From Bdellovibrionales bacterium (GTDB lineage Bacteria; Bdellovibrionota; UBA1018; CAIMNF01), in the NCBI GenBank assembly GCA_040380025.1, contig JBEIJY010000025.1, positions 1 through 39,185 of the forward strand: a stretch of DNA of 39,185 nt. The letters run 5' to 3'. The notes beneath the pieces are model-generated. The model did no database searches and had not been told where the DNA came from. It was given only the letters and a program-made list of their open reading frames with translations. A program made the position numbers and the translations under genes. How positions within the stretch are numbered: position 1 is the first letter of the stretch; each line of letters starts with the position of its first letter. Positions 17,435 through 26,295 of the stretch are shown in pieces.

Positions 17435-18118
17435 ATGATTCAAAAAACAATTCCCGTAGGTCCCTTGCAGTGTAACTGTCAGATTCTCGTGTGTCCCGAA
17501 ACGCATCAGGCGCTTGTGGTCGACCCGGGCGATGAGCCCGCGCGGATCATCCGCGCCATCGAGGAAATCAGCGAGCAGCTGAAGCATCCGGTCGAGGTGC
17601 GGGCGCTGTTTCATACGCATGCTCATTTCGACCACATCGGAGCGGCCCGCGGAGTGAAAGAGCATTTCGCGAAGGCCGGAATCAAAGCTCCGCGGATTTT
17701 TCTGCACCGGGAGGATGAGTTCCTCTACTCGAAGCTCGAGGAGCAGGGAAATCGCTTCGGATTCCATTTCGATGCCCCTTTGCCGGTGGATGCGTTCCTT
17801 CAGGACGAGGAGCGCCTTGCCGTGGGAAGCCTTCGGTTCACGGTTTTGCACACTCCGGGACATTCTCCGGGCGGAGTGTGCTTCCGGCTTCATGAGGATT
17901 CCGCCCGAGGAATTCCCGAGACGGTGTTCACGGGCGATACGCTGTTCCGCGAGAGTGTCGGCCGGAGTGATCTTTGGGGCGGCGACGAAGAGGTGTTGTT
18001 CCGGAGCATCCGCGAGCGGCTCTTCACGCTCGATGATGACACCTGTGCCTGGCCCGGACACGGACCAAAGACCCTGATCGGGCACGAGAAGCGCTTCAAT
18101 CCGTATCTGGGTTCATGA
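17435..18118 (+). CDS. MBL-fold metallo-hydrolase (glyoxalase II-like)
   Basis: THAHFDH, HTPGHSPG, FTGDTLF and PGHG motifs. Confidence 0.92.
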   Translation: MIQKTIPVGPLQCNCQILVCPETHQALVVDPGDEPARIIRAIEEISEQLKHPVEVRALFHTHAHFDHIGAARGVKEHFAKAGIKAPRIFLHREDEFLYSKLEEQGNRFGFHFDAPLPVDAFLQDEERLAVGSLRFTVLHTPGHSPGGVCFRLHEDSARGIPETVFTGDTLFRESVGRSDLWGGDEEVLFRSIRERLFTLDDDTCAWPGHGPKTLIGHEKRFNPYLGS

Positions 18119-18119
18119 G

Positions 18120-18319
18120 GAAACTGCCCCCTTTGATTGTGTTTTGAGATGGATCGAGAGCGGCAGAAGAGGCTGGAATGATTCCGTTTTTGCCTCCGAG
18201 CCGGATCGTCCGGCCTCGCTCTCGCCATCCTGGCTCGCGAGAGTCGGCAAAAACCGAATCATCCCACCCCCCTCTGCCGATCCCGCTCCCTGCAAAAGCG
18301 CAATCAAAGGGGGCAGTTC
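18120..18319. mobile_element. 200-bp MITE/REPIN-like long inverted-repeat element flanked by 10-bp direct repeats
   Basis: Perfect 18-bp terminal IR AACTGCCCCCTTTGATTG (18122-18139) / CAATCAAAGGGGGCAGTT (18301-18318); inner 17-bp IR with one mismatch (18178-18194 / 18246-18262); GGTTCATGAG at 18110-18119 and 18320-18329. Confidence 0.75.
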
Positions 18320-18322
18320 GGT

Positions 18323-18919
18323 TCATGAGCCCGCGGGTTTCGGGTTCGGGTGGGGGAAGAGGCCGTCGACGGGTTCTTCGGCGGAGACGTTGCTTTTTTG
18401 CACGATCTGATCGCGGAAATGGTGAAACTCCGCCCCCCAGTTCAGGAGCTTCGAAAAACAGAGTTCATTCCAGAATTTTCCCACGCGCTTGACGCGTTTC
18501 TTTGCGCCGGTCACCGCGACCGCCGCTCTTCCTGCCAGCACCCGGAAGTAATCGGCGAGATCCTTGCGATCACCGGCGCGGACCAGCAGTTCGATTCTTC
18601 CCTTCTTCACCCGTGCGGCAAAGACGCGGACTCGGAAGCGTTTTGCATAGACATAGATCTGGCTCCGGATCCGCGAGTGATTCCGGCGCCGCAGGAGATC
18701 CCAATCCCCCCGCGCGCGATCGGACGAGAGAACAAAAAACTGGGGCGCATTACTGAAGTAGGGGCGGCGGGTCTTGCGCTTTCCCTTCGATGCGGGGCCG
18801 CCATGGCTCAGCTGAGGGTGAAGCAAAGCATTCCATCGGGCCTGTTCGACCGATCCCGGCGGCAGGTTTTCTTTTAAATAAGGCTGGCGCTTCTTCCCCA
18901 TACGTCGATTCTGCATCAT
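18323..18919 (-). CDS. Y1/HUH (IS200/RAYT-like) transposase homologue, apparently catalytically inactive
   Basis: HGG..KGKRKTRRP, FVLSSDRARG, AKRFRVRVF, FRVLAGRAA..TGA and KFW..FSKLL.WG match my recollection of the Bdellovibrionota Y1-transposase family; the HUH position reads GRIEL and the Tyr position reads DQIVQ. Confidence 0.65.
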   Translation of the reverse strand: MMQNRRMGKKRQPYLKENLPPGSVEQARWNALLHPQLSHGGPASKGKRKTRRPYFSNAPQFFVLSSDRARGDWDLLRRRNHSRIRSQIYVYAKRFRVRVFAARVKKGRIELLVRAGDRKDLADYFRVLAGRAAVAVTGAKKRVKRVGKFWNELCFSKLLNWGAEFHHFRDQIVQKSNVSAEEPVDGLFPHPNPKPAGS

Positions 18920-19045
18920 TTTTTATGCTGGGGCAATGTCATGGTTACGATTTTTTTTCGGGGCCCGGGGACAAAAACCAGCGGACAAGGGGATCTTTTT
19001 TTGTTTGTGGTGTGTTGCGTTATTTTCGGGAGCGGGTTTGGGAGT

Positions 19046-19831
19046 TCACCAGACGAACATCAGGTGCAGCATGAGCGTGAAGAATCCGCCCGTGAGATCC
19101 GGGACATTGATCTTCTCGTAGGAGTCGGCGGAATCCCCGAAGTTCTGGGTATGGTAGAGCGCCTCGAGAGAGAGATAAGTTTTTTTGTGGGAGATGGGGA
19201 ATTCCAGACCTCCGCCCACGCGGGCGCTGAAGGTGGAGTCACTGAGGGGGCCAGGGTTCATGATGTTCGTTTCGCTTTTACTGATGGCGCCGACTCCACC
19301 GACCAAAAACGGGTTCGCGAATGAGACCGGCGCGGAGGCGTTGATCGTGTCGAAATAGTATTTGAGTCCGAATCCGTACCCGATCAATCGGACCTGATTG
19401 TTCTGGGTGCCGTCGAAGAACTCATGATTGGCGAAAAAGATCCCGAGCTCGGCAGCGAAGTGGAAGTTGAACCAATACTGCATCCGCGCATCGAACCGGG
19501 GAAGGGCGGATTGATAGAGCTTGCCACGGTTGCCGGTCGCGCTCTGGTAGCCGAGCCCAAGAGAGAAACCGAAGTATCGCCCGTACTGGAGGTAAAGGGT
19601 GTCTTCGGTTTCTTCTTCGTTCATGTTGAAGTCGCCGTACTCCAGATAGGGTGAGTCCTGCTCGAAAAGGGACGGCGTTTCTTTGGGGGCGGATTGTTCC
19701 GTGTTACCCCCGCTCTCAGTTGGGGGGTTCTGGGCGTAGACGTTCCCGCTCCAGAGCGCGCATGCGAGGAGCAAAGAGAGCACGGTCTGTTTCAGCGACC
19801 GCGATTCAGAAATAGTAGTGCATGCCCGCAT
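19046..19831 (-). CDS. Outer-membrane beta-barrel protein
   Basis: Signal peptide (VYA), acidic linker, alternating aromatic/Gly strands, C-terminal FVW; exact start uncertain. Confidence 0.7.
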   Translation of the reverse strand: MRACTTISESRSLKQTVLSLLLACALWSGNVYAQNPPTESGGNTEQSAPKETPSLFEQDSPYLEYGDFNMNEEETEDTLYLQYGRYFGFSLGLGYQSATGNRGKLYQSALPRFDARMQYWFNFHFAAELGIFFANHEFFDGTQNNQVRLIGYGFGLKYYFDTINASAPVSFANPFLVGGVGAISKSETNIMNPGPLSDSTFSARVGGGLEFPISHKKTYLSLEALYHTQNFGDSADSYEKINVPDLTGGFFTLMLHLMFVW

Positions 19832-20336
19832 TCAGAAAGCTCACTCCGAAGGTTTTCAGGACAAAAGAACCGGTTCCCGAGGTGAGGTTTTCGGCGCTCA
19901 TTCCGGCCTCGAAGCTGATTCCGAGGTTGTCGAGACCGGGAATGAAGAATTCCGTTCCGAGGCCGCCGATCAGTTCCACGCCGTTGTTGGAGCCGGAAAG
20001 CACATATCCGCCCCCGCCGAGAAAGTAAAAATTAGCGTAGGATTCGGGGTGGATGGTCTGCATGTACTTGGCGGCGGCGACTCCGGATCCGTTCCGACCC
20101 GAGTAGAATCCCGCAATGAGCTCCAGTGCTGCCCGCGGGGCGATTCCGTATTTCACGCTGATTCCGGGTGTGCCATTCACCATCGAGGTGTTCGCGAACT
20201 GTGCGTTGTAGCCGAGCCCGATCCGGCCGAGAAGCTCTTTCGCCTCGGTTCGCGATGCAAAGAGCGGGAGCAGGATCAAACCAATCCAAAGGCAGCTGCG
20301 GAGAAAGGAAGAGCGCATCTTAAGAAAGCGTAACAT
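19806..20336 (-). CDS. Small outer-membrane beta-barrel protein
   Basis: Signal peptide (TEA-K), amphipathic strands, C-terminal HYYF BAM-type signal; start may be 20336 or 20318. Confidence 0.75.
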   Translation of the reverse strand: MLRFLKMRSSFLRSCLWIGLILLPLFASRTEAKELLGRIGLGYNAQFANTSMVNGTPGISVKYGIAPRAALELIAGFYSGRNGSGVAAAKYMQTIHPESYANFYFLGGGGYVLSGSNNGVELIGGLGTEFFIPGLDNLGISFEAGMSAENLTSGTGSFVLKTFGVSFLNAGMHYYF

Positions 20337-20385
20337 AGGGTTTTTTTTTGACAATAGTCGTTTCAGCCCATAAATCTGTAGGCCT

Positions 20386-21033
20386 ATGGAAACTTGGTTC
20401 GACCGGAAGCGTTTGTCCGTCCTCGGGGTGCTGTTAGTCCTTGCGGGAGTTGCCCTGTTTTTCGCCCAAAGATATTTCGAAAAGAGGGATCAGGAGGGCA
20501 AAACCGCTCTGTATCGTGTGCAAATGACACTCGAAGCGGAGCAATCCGCCCTGTCCGATGCCGAAAAAACCGCAGGAGCCGGTTTGGATGTCGATGCCCG
20601 TTTTCCCAAAACCGTGGCGGCGTTGAATGAGCTTTTGTCCGGGAAAACCGGAGGCGGCGGGCAGGCATTCCAAGCCGGCGTCCGGCTCGGTTCTTTGTAT
20701 TTGGACCACTTGCAGTTCGAAAAAGCCCAAGTCGCGCTGCAGGCGGGCGCATCGGCTGCTCAATCCTCCCTGCAGAAGGCATCTGCGCACTATCTTCTGG
20801 GGCTGGCATACGAGCAGGGGAGCAAATTCAAAGAGGCAGTGGGGGCGTTTGAAGTCGCTCTCGCGGCGAACGTGGATGGCTTGAAGGGAGATGTCCTTCT
20901 CGGGGCCGTGCGCACGAGCCTTGCTGCGGGTGAGGTCGAAAAAGCCAAGAAGTTCTCGGAGCGGCTTGCGAAGGATCTGCCGGGCAGTCCCGCATCGGAA
21001 ACGGCGGAGACCCTGCTGAAAGAAGCCCAGTGA
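20386..21033 (+). CDS. YfgM-like membrane-anchored TPR protein
   Basis: Single N-terminal TM, Ala-rich TPR-like helices (HYLLGLAYEQ); directly upstream of a BamB-like gene. Confidence 0.75.
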   Translation: METWFDRKRLSVLGVLLVLAGVALFFAQRYFEKRDQEGKTALYRVQMTLEAEQSALSDAEKTAGAGLDVDARFPKTVAALNELLSGKTGGGGQAFQAGVRLGSLYLDHLQFEKAQVALQAGASAAQSSLQKASAHYLLGLAYEQGSKFKEAVGAFEVALAANVDGLKGDVLLGAVRTSLAAGEVEKAKKFSERLAKDLPGSPASETAETLLKEAQ

Positions 21034-22169
21034 CCAGTTCAAGGATTTCGCTTTTCGCGGTGTTTTTTGCACTCCTTTTGCAGGCGTGCGCGGGCCATGA
21101 CTCGCGACCTGGTTTCCGGAACGAAAAAGAGGTGCTCCGGCGCGGCTGGACCTATTCGATCGAACCGGTCTCGAGTTCCCGCCGCTTGGACGGGATGGAG
21201 TATGTGAGTCCGATTCTGTACGGGAATACTTTGGTGTTCGGCAGTGCCCGGTCCGGGTTGATTTCATTCTACCCCAAAATCAGACGGGTCCGGTGGACCT
21301 TTGAGATCCCGAACGGGATCGTGAGCCAGATCGGGACAAGCAACGACCGAGCGTTTTTCACAGGCGGAGACGGACTGGTGTATTCCCTCTCGCTCGAAAC
21401 CGGAAAAGTCCTCTGGACCTATGATTTGCGGAATCCGGTGACTTCCCGGCCCGCCGTCGACGGAGAAGATCTCTTCCTCGTGACTTCGGATGATGCGGTC
21501 CTTTGTTTGCAATCCGAGACCGGAAAATGGCAGTGGCAATACCGCAGGCGAAACACGACCGGCCCTGTGATTCATGGAGCCACCCGGCCGCTTGTGGTGG
21601 GCGATTCGGTTTGGATCGGGTTTGCGGATGGGGCGCTCGTCGCCCTGTCGCGGAAGGACGGGAAAGTCCTTTGGGAGAAGCAGCTGAACACCAATCGCCG
21701 GTTCTCGGGAATCCAAGCGGAATTCCTCGAGAAAGACGGAATCGTGTATGTGCCCGCCTATGACCAGGCCTTGTATGCTCTGAATTCGAAGACGGGAACC
21801 ATGCTTTGGGTCCGGGACGGGGTGGGCGGGGCTCGCAAGGTGACGCTCGCGAACGGCGTCCTGTACGCCCCCGATTCGGCGGGCGGTTTGCACGCTTTGG
21901 ATCCCGCATCGGGCAAGGAGATCTGGAAGTTCCAGGTCGATCATGGCGTGCCGTCCGAGGTTGTGGTGACCGAGCGACATGTGGTCGTTTCTTCGACCCA
22001 TGAGTATCTGTATGCCCTCGATCGGGCTTCGGGACGCTTGCTTTATCGTTATCAGGTCGGCTACGGCTCGGGGTTTACCGGGGGAATGGCCTTTGATTCC
22101 TCCCGGAATGAGCTGTATGCCTTCAGTCGCGGCGGAAACCTGTATGGTTTTCAGTATTTTGAAAAGTAG
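21030..22169 (+). CDS. BamB-like PQQ beta-propeller lipoprotein
   Basis: Lipobox LLQAC; repeated (A/S)L...TGK..W propeller motifs. Confidence 0.85.
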   Translation: MTSSRISLFAVFFALLLQACAGHDSRPGFRNEKEVLRRGWTYSIEPVSSSRRLDGMEYVSPILYGNTLVFGSARSGLISFYPKIRRVRWTFEIPNGIVSQIGTSNDRAFFTGGDGLVYSLSLETGKVLWTYDLRNPVTSRPAVDGEDLFLVTSDDAVLCLQSETGKWQWQYRRRNTTGPVIHGATRPLVVGDSVWIGFADGALVALSRKDGKVLWEKQLNTNRRFSGIQAEFLEKDGIVYVPAYDQALYALNSKTGTMLWVRDGVGGARKVTLANGVLYAPDSAGGLHALDPASGKEIWKFQVDHGVPSEVVVTERHVVVSSTHEYLYALDRASGRLLYRYQVGYGSGFTGGMAFDSSRNELYAFSRGGNLYGFQYFEK

Positions 22170-22275
22170 ATAACTTCTCGAAATCTTGATGATTTCACTT
22201 TAATCCGGACAAAAAAGTATTGTTTTATCGGGTCGCTCATGGCAGGATCTTCGGCACAAAGGTCAGGTCCAGAAA

Positions 22276-22776
22276 ATGAACGTCTCTCCGCTTGAAGAAT
22301 ACGGACTCCGGTGCGCGGTGCAACTCGCGTCGCTCGAAGCCGGACAGACTCTCTCTGCTCCCGAAATCGCGGAGCGGGAGGGCCTCTCTGTCGAGTATGT
22401 CTCGAAGTTCATGCTTCTTTTGAAGCGGGGCGGACTGGTTCGCACTCTGCGGGGAATTCACGGCGGGTTTGCGCTTGCGCGCCCGGCCGGACAGATCAGC
22501 GTGAAAGACGTGTTCGATGCCCTGAAGCAACAACGCAAGTCGAAGGGCGATTTTTGCGAGTCTTTCGCGGGCAAGTCCGAAACCTGTGTGCGTTCGAGCG
22601 CGTGCGGAATCCGGCCCTTCTGGCAGATGCTCTCGCGGACGGTCGAGGAGTTCACCGCCCGGATGACCTTGCAGGATCTTCTGATGACCGAGTCAGAGAC
22701 CGAAAAAAAAGCCACCTTGGTGGCGGATCAGAATCTCGCGATCGGTCGCGCGGCGAAATACGAGGTAAAATCATGA
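22276..22776 (+). CDS. Rrf2-family transcriptional regulator (IscR-like)
   Basis: EYGLRC, EIAEREGLS, LVRTLRGIHGGFALAR; three Cys (FC...TC...AC) as possible Fe-S ligands; heads the suf operon. Confidence 0.9.
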   Translation: MNVSPLEEYGLRCAVQLASLEAGQTLSAPEIAEREGLSVEYVSKFMLLLKRGGLVRTLRGIHGGFALARPAGQISVKDVFDALKQQRKSKGDFCESFAGKSETCVRSSACGIRPFWQMLSRTVEEFTARMTLQDLLMTESETEKKATLVADQNLAIGRAAKYEVKS

Positions 22777-23516
22777 GTCATCCGTTGTTCCGAATCGAAA
22801 ATCTTGAAGTCGCCGTCGAGGGAAAGAAAGTCCTGAATGGGGTGAACCTCACCGTGAACCGCGGGGAAGTCCACGCGATCATGGGCCGGAACGGGACCGG
22901 CAAGACCACTTTGGCCTACACGCTCATGGGGCATCCGAAGTACGAGGTCCTCGCGGGAAGAATCATTCTCGATGGTGAGGACATCACGGCGCTTTCGCCC
23001 GAAGAACGGGCACAAAAGAGATTGTTTCTCGCATTCCAGTATCCGGTTGCGATTCCGGGCGTGAGTGTCGCCTCTTTTTTGCGGGCGTCGATCAAGGCGG
23101 TCCGCGGAGCCGAGGTTCCGCCCGCGCAGGTCCGGGCACGGATCAAAGAAGAATTGAAGCGCCTGGATGTTCCCGAGAGCTTCATGACCCGGTCCTTGAA
23201 CGAAGGGTTCAGCGGCGGCGAAAAGAAGCGTCTGGAGACCCTCCAGCTCCGCCTGCTCGAGCCGAAGATGGCCGTTCTCGATGAGACCGACTCGGGGCTC
23301 GACATCGATGCCCTTCGCGTGGTTTCGGAGAACTTGCAGACCTTCCGCGGTCCGGAGCGCGGGATGCTCGTGATCACGCACTACCAGCGCATGCTGAATT
23401 ACATCAAGCCCGATGTCGTGCATGTGTTCGGCAGCGGCAGGATCCTCGAGAGCGGTGGCGCGGACCTCGCGCTCAAGCTCGAAGAAAAAGGCTATGATTG
23501 GGTGGAAGGCGCCTGA
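22773..23516 (+). CDS. sufC: Fe-S cluster assembly ATPase SufC
   Basis: GEVHAIMGRNGTGKT, LAFQYPVAIPGV, NEGFSGGEKKR and LDETDSGLDID motifs. Confidence 0.96.
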   Translation: MSHPLFRIENLEVAVEGKKVLNGVNLTVNRGEVHAIMGRNGTGKTTLAYTLMGHPKYEVLAGRIILDGEDITALSPEERAQKRLFLAFQYPVAIPGVSVASFLRASIKAVRGAEVPPAQVRARIKEELKRLDVPESFMTRSLNEGFSGGEKKRLETLQLRLLEPKMAVLDETDSGLDIDALRVVSENLQTFRGPERGMLVITHYQRMLNYIKPDVVHVFGSGRILESGGADLALKLEEKGYDWVEGA

Positions 23517-23521
23517 CGATC

Positions 23522-24316
23522 ATGAAAGAACTGATTCTGTTCAAGACAACCGAGGGGCTTCAGCCGTCGGACGCGACGATCGGAACGATCGCCCGCGCGG
23601 GGGAATCCTGCGATTGGTTTCATGAGGTTTCGCGCGGCAATTCGGTTTCCGAAATCGACATCGGAGCGGAGGGGGGCGCGACCCTGAATGCGGTGGTGTT
23701 CCAGAATGTTCCCGCGGGCGAGAATGCGTTGATCCGGATCCGCGTCGGGGTCAAGGCCGATTCGACGGTCCGGCTCACCGTGGTTCAAAATGGCGCCTCG
23801 AAGGCCGAGATCGAGATTCTCTCGGATTCGTCGGCCGCGAATGCGCGCTTCGAGTTGCGGGCGCTTCAGAATGCGAAAGAACGGCAGAATTTCGTGATCC
23901 GCGCCAATTCGGTCCACTCCGTCCCGCACACCTCGAGCGACATGCAGGTCTGGTGCGCGGCCCGCGGCGAATCCCGCTCGGTCTTCAGCGGTCTGATCGA
24001 CATCCGGGAGGGCGCCCGCCAGACAGAGGCGTTCCAGAAGAACCGGAACCTCATTCTCTCGGACCGCGCCACGGTGGACTCGTTCCCGAAACTGCTGATC
24101 GCGAACGACGATGTGAAATGCGCGCACGGAAGCAGCACCAGCACGCTCGATCCGGAACAGACGGCGTACCTGCGCTCGCGCGGAATTTCCCGCTCCGAAG
24201 CCGAAGAGATGCTGGTGCGGGGATTCTTGCGCCAGGCACTCGACGGGATCCGGGACACCCGATGCCGGAATGGTCTCCTGCAGTCGCTTTCGATTCTCGA
24301 AGAGGAATGGTCATGA
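23522..24316 (+). CDS. sufD: Fe-S cluster assembly protein SufD (short form)
   Basis: SVFSGLI, QKNRNLILS, PKLLIANDDVKCAHG and YLRSRGI motifs; reduced N-terminus. Confidence 0.85.
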   Translation: MKELILFKTTEGLQPSDATIGTIARAGESCDWFHEVSRGNSVSEIDIGAEGGATLNAVVFQNVPAGENALIRIRVGVKADSTVRLTVVQNGASKAEIEILSDSSAANARFELRALQNAKERQNFVIRANSVHSVPHTSSDMQVWCAARGESRSVFSGLIDIREGARQTEAFQKNRNLILSDRATVDSFPKLLIANDDVKCAHGSSTSTLDPEQTAYLRSRGISRSEAEEMLVRGFLRQALDGIRDTRCRNGLLQSLSILEEEWS

Positions 24317-25545
24317 ACGAGCTGATCCGGAAGGACTTTCCCATTCTCTCCCGCATCATCGACGGAAAGCCCCTGTGCTACCTCGACAACGCGGCGACCT
24401 CGCAAAAGCCCAAAAAAGTCATCGATGCCGTGACCCGGTTTTATCTCGAAACGAACGCGAACGTTCATCGCGGCGTGTACCACCTCTCGCAAGAGGCGAC
24501 CGATTCGTTCGAAGCGGTCCGGAGCAAGGTGCGCCGGTTTCTCGGGGCGAAGTCCGAGCGCGAGATCATCTTCACGAAGGGAACGACCGAGGCGATCAAT
24601 CTGGTGGCCTCGAGTTTCGGCGAGCATCATGTGGGACCGGGAGACGTGATTGCGGTGACCCGGATGGAGCACCATGCCAACTTCGTGCCGTGGCAACAGC
24701 TCGCCAAAAGAAAGGGCGCGCGCTTTGAGATCATCGAGCTCACCCCTGATTTCAGGCTCGATCCCAAGGAAGTCGACCGCGTTCTGGCCCTGAAACCGAA
24801 GATCCTCGCGGTGAGCCTTCTCAGCAATGTGACCGGAGTCACGAATCCCGTGGCATCCCTTGCTTCGCGCTTCAAGATGGTGGGAACCACCGTGCTCGTC
24901 GATGGGGCGCAGGGAATCGCCCATGGCGAGGTGAAGGTTCCGGATCTCGGTCCGATCGATTTTTTTGTCTTTTCTGCACATAAAATGTGCGGTCCGACCG
25001 GAGTGGGCGTTCTTTGGGGACGCGAAGAGATTCTCGAGAAGATGCCGCCCTATCAGGTCGGCGGGAACATGATTCTTCATGTGGCGGATCTCGATTCGGA
25101 GTGGAATGAGCTTCCGCACAAGTTCGAGGCGGGAACGCCCGACGTCGCGGGTGTCATCGGGCTCGGTGCCGCGATTGATTATCTCGAAACCTTCGGCCGT
25201 GCCCGCATCGAGGAATTCGGCCACCAGATGACCGCATTGGTGATCGAGAAGGTGCTTGCGATTCCGGGGCTCCGGCTTCTCGGACCGAAAGATCCGCACC
25301 ATCGGGCGCCGATCTTCAGTTTTGCGATCGATGGCGTCCATGCCCATGATCTCGCGACGTATCTCGACATGCAGGGAATCTCGGTTCGCGCCGGACACCA
25401 CTGCGCGCATCCGCTCATGCAAAAGCTCGGGCTCCCGGCCACCTGTCGCGCGAGCTTCAGTTTTTACAACACGCCCGAAGAGGCGAATCAGCTGGTCCGG
25501 GCACTCGCAGGTGCGCCTGCGTTTTTTGCGAGGAAAAAGCGATGA
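24313..25545 (+). CDS. sufS: Cysteine desulfurase SufS
   Basis: YLDNAATSQKP, EHHANFVPW, FSAHKMCGPTG and RAGHHCA motifs. Confidence 0.96.
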   Translation: MNELIRKDFPILSRIIDGKPLCYLDNAATSQKPKKVIDAVTRFYLETNANVHRGVYHLSQEATDSFEAVRSKVRRFLGAKSEREIIFTKGTTEAINLVASSFGEHHVGPGDVIAVTRMEHHANFVPWQQLAKRKGARFEIIELTPDFRLDPKEVDRVLALKPKILAVSLLSNVTGVTNPVASLASRFKMVGTTVLVDGAQGIAHGEVKVPDLGPIDFFVFSAHKMCGPTGVGVLWGREEILEKMPPYQVGGNMILHVADLDSEWNELPHKFEAGTPDVAGVIGLGAAIDYLETFGRARIEEFGHQMTALVIEKVLAIPGLRLLGPKDPHHRAPIFSFAIDGVHAHDLATYLDMQGISVRAGHHCAHPLMQKLGLPATCRASFSFYNTPEEANQLVRALAGAPAFFARKKR

Positions 25546-25997
25546 GCTACCGTGAGGTCTTCGGCGAGATCCTTGCCGATCATCATGAGTCGCCCCGCAA
25601 CTGGGGCAAGCTCACCGACGAAACGCGGGCCGAGCACGGGTTCAATCCGCTTTGCGGCGACAAGGTCGATTTGTCTCTTTGCGTGGTCCGCGAAGGCGGA
25701 ATCCCGAGACTTTCCGGATTTGCGTTCCAGGGAGACGGTTGCTCGATTTGCATGGCCTCTGCGAGCATCATGGGCGAGCTCGTGCGCGGAAAGCAATTTT
25801 CGGAAGTATTGGCCCTGATCGAGGCGTTCCGCGAGAAAATGCAGGGCGAAGGCGGTGCATCGGTCCTTCCGGCCGAAGATTCCGGCGAGGACATCACGGC
25901 GCTGTACGGAGTGCGGCGGTTTCCGGTCCGGATCAAATGCGCCCTTTTGCCTTGGACCACACTCAAAAAAGGACTGGAGGCGCACCATGAGGGATGA
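25542..25997 (+). CDS. sufU: SufU-type Fe-S/sulfur-transfer protein
   Basis: NPLCGD, GCSICMASAS and FPVRIKCALLPW motifs. Confidence 0.92.
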   Translation: MSYREVFGEILADHHESPRNWGKLTDETRAEHGFNPLCGDKVDLSLCVVREGGIPRLSGFAFQGDGCSICMASASIMGELVRGKQFSEVLALIEAFREKMQGEGGASVLPAEDSGEDITALYGVRRFPVRIKCALLPWTTLKKGLEAHHEG

Positions 25998-26292
25998 AGA
26001 GCTTTTGGAATGGCTGAAGCCCGTTCAGGACCCCGAGATGCTTCTGTCGATCGTGGATCTCGGTCTGATTTATTCGGCCGTGTTCGCCGAAGGGAAGACC
26101 GGCGCACAGGTCGAGATGACGCTTACGTCTCCGCATTGTCCGGTGGCGGACAGTTTTGTCGAGAGTGTGAAAAAGAGACTGCTGGAGTATCCCGGCCTCA
26201 CCGAGGCCGAGGTGAAGCTCGTGTTCGAACCGCGATGGGACCCGAAGACCATGGCCTCGGACGAGGTGAAGGATCGATTGGGGATTTGGTGA
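25987..26292 (+). CDS. sufT: SufT/DUF59 metal-sulfur cluster assembly factor
   Basis: VQDPE, SIVDLGLIY, MTLTSPHCP and FEPRW motifs. Confidence 0.88.
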   Translation: MRDEELLEWLKPVQDPEMLLSIVDLGLIYSAVFAEGKTGAQVEMTLTSPHCPVADSFVESVKKRLLEYPGLTEAEVKLVFEPRWDPKTMASDEVKDRLGIW

Positions 26293-26295
26293 TCT

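Noticed and set aside
18120..18319. 6S RNA or simple intrinsic terminator
   Set aside because: Size and rod shape are 6S-like, but the flanking 10-bp direct repeats, lack of room for a promoter and absence of zapA/ygfA context favour an insertion; it is far too long for a plain terminator. An Rfam scan would settle it.
18967..18994. GGGGACAA...GGACAAGGGG upstream of the dead transposase as a second REP copy
   Set aside because: Resembles a GGGG(A/G)CA core but forms no clear palindrome and does not align with the 18-bp IR.
22200..22228. Rrf2/IscR operator TAATCCGGAC-AAAAAA-GTATTGTTTT upstream of the suf operon
   Set aside because: Position is plausible but only about half of the arm positions pair, too weak to call.
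22311..24312. N-terminal extensions in the ORF track for sufC (22311) and sufS (23953); likewise for the SixA-like (15357), ddpX (35424) and 39116 ORFs
   Set aside because: Extensions overlap neighbouring genes, tRNAs or the IS; homology or signal peptides begin at the internal starts used in the feature list.
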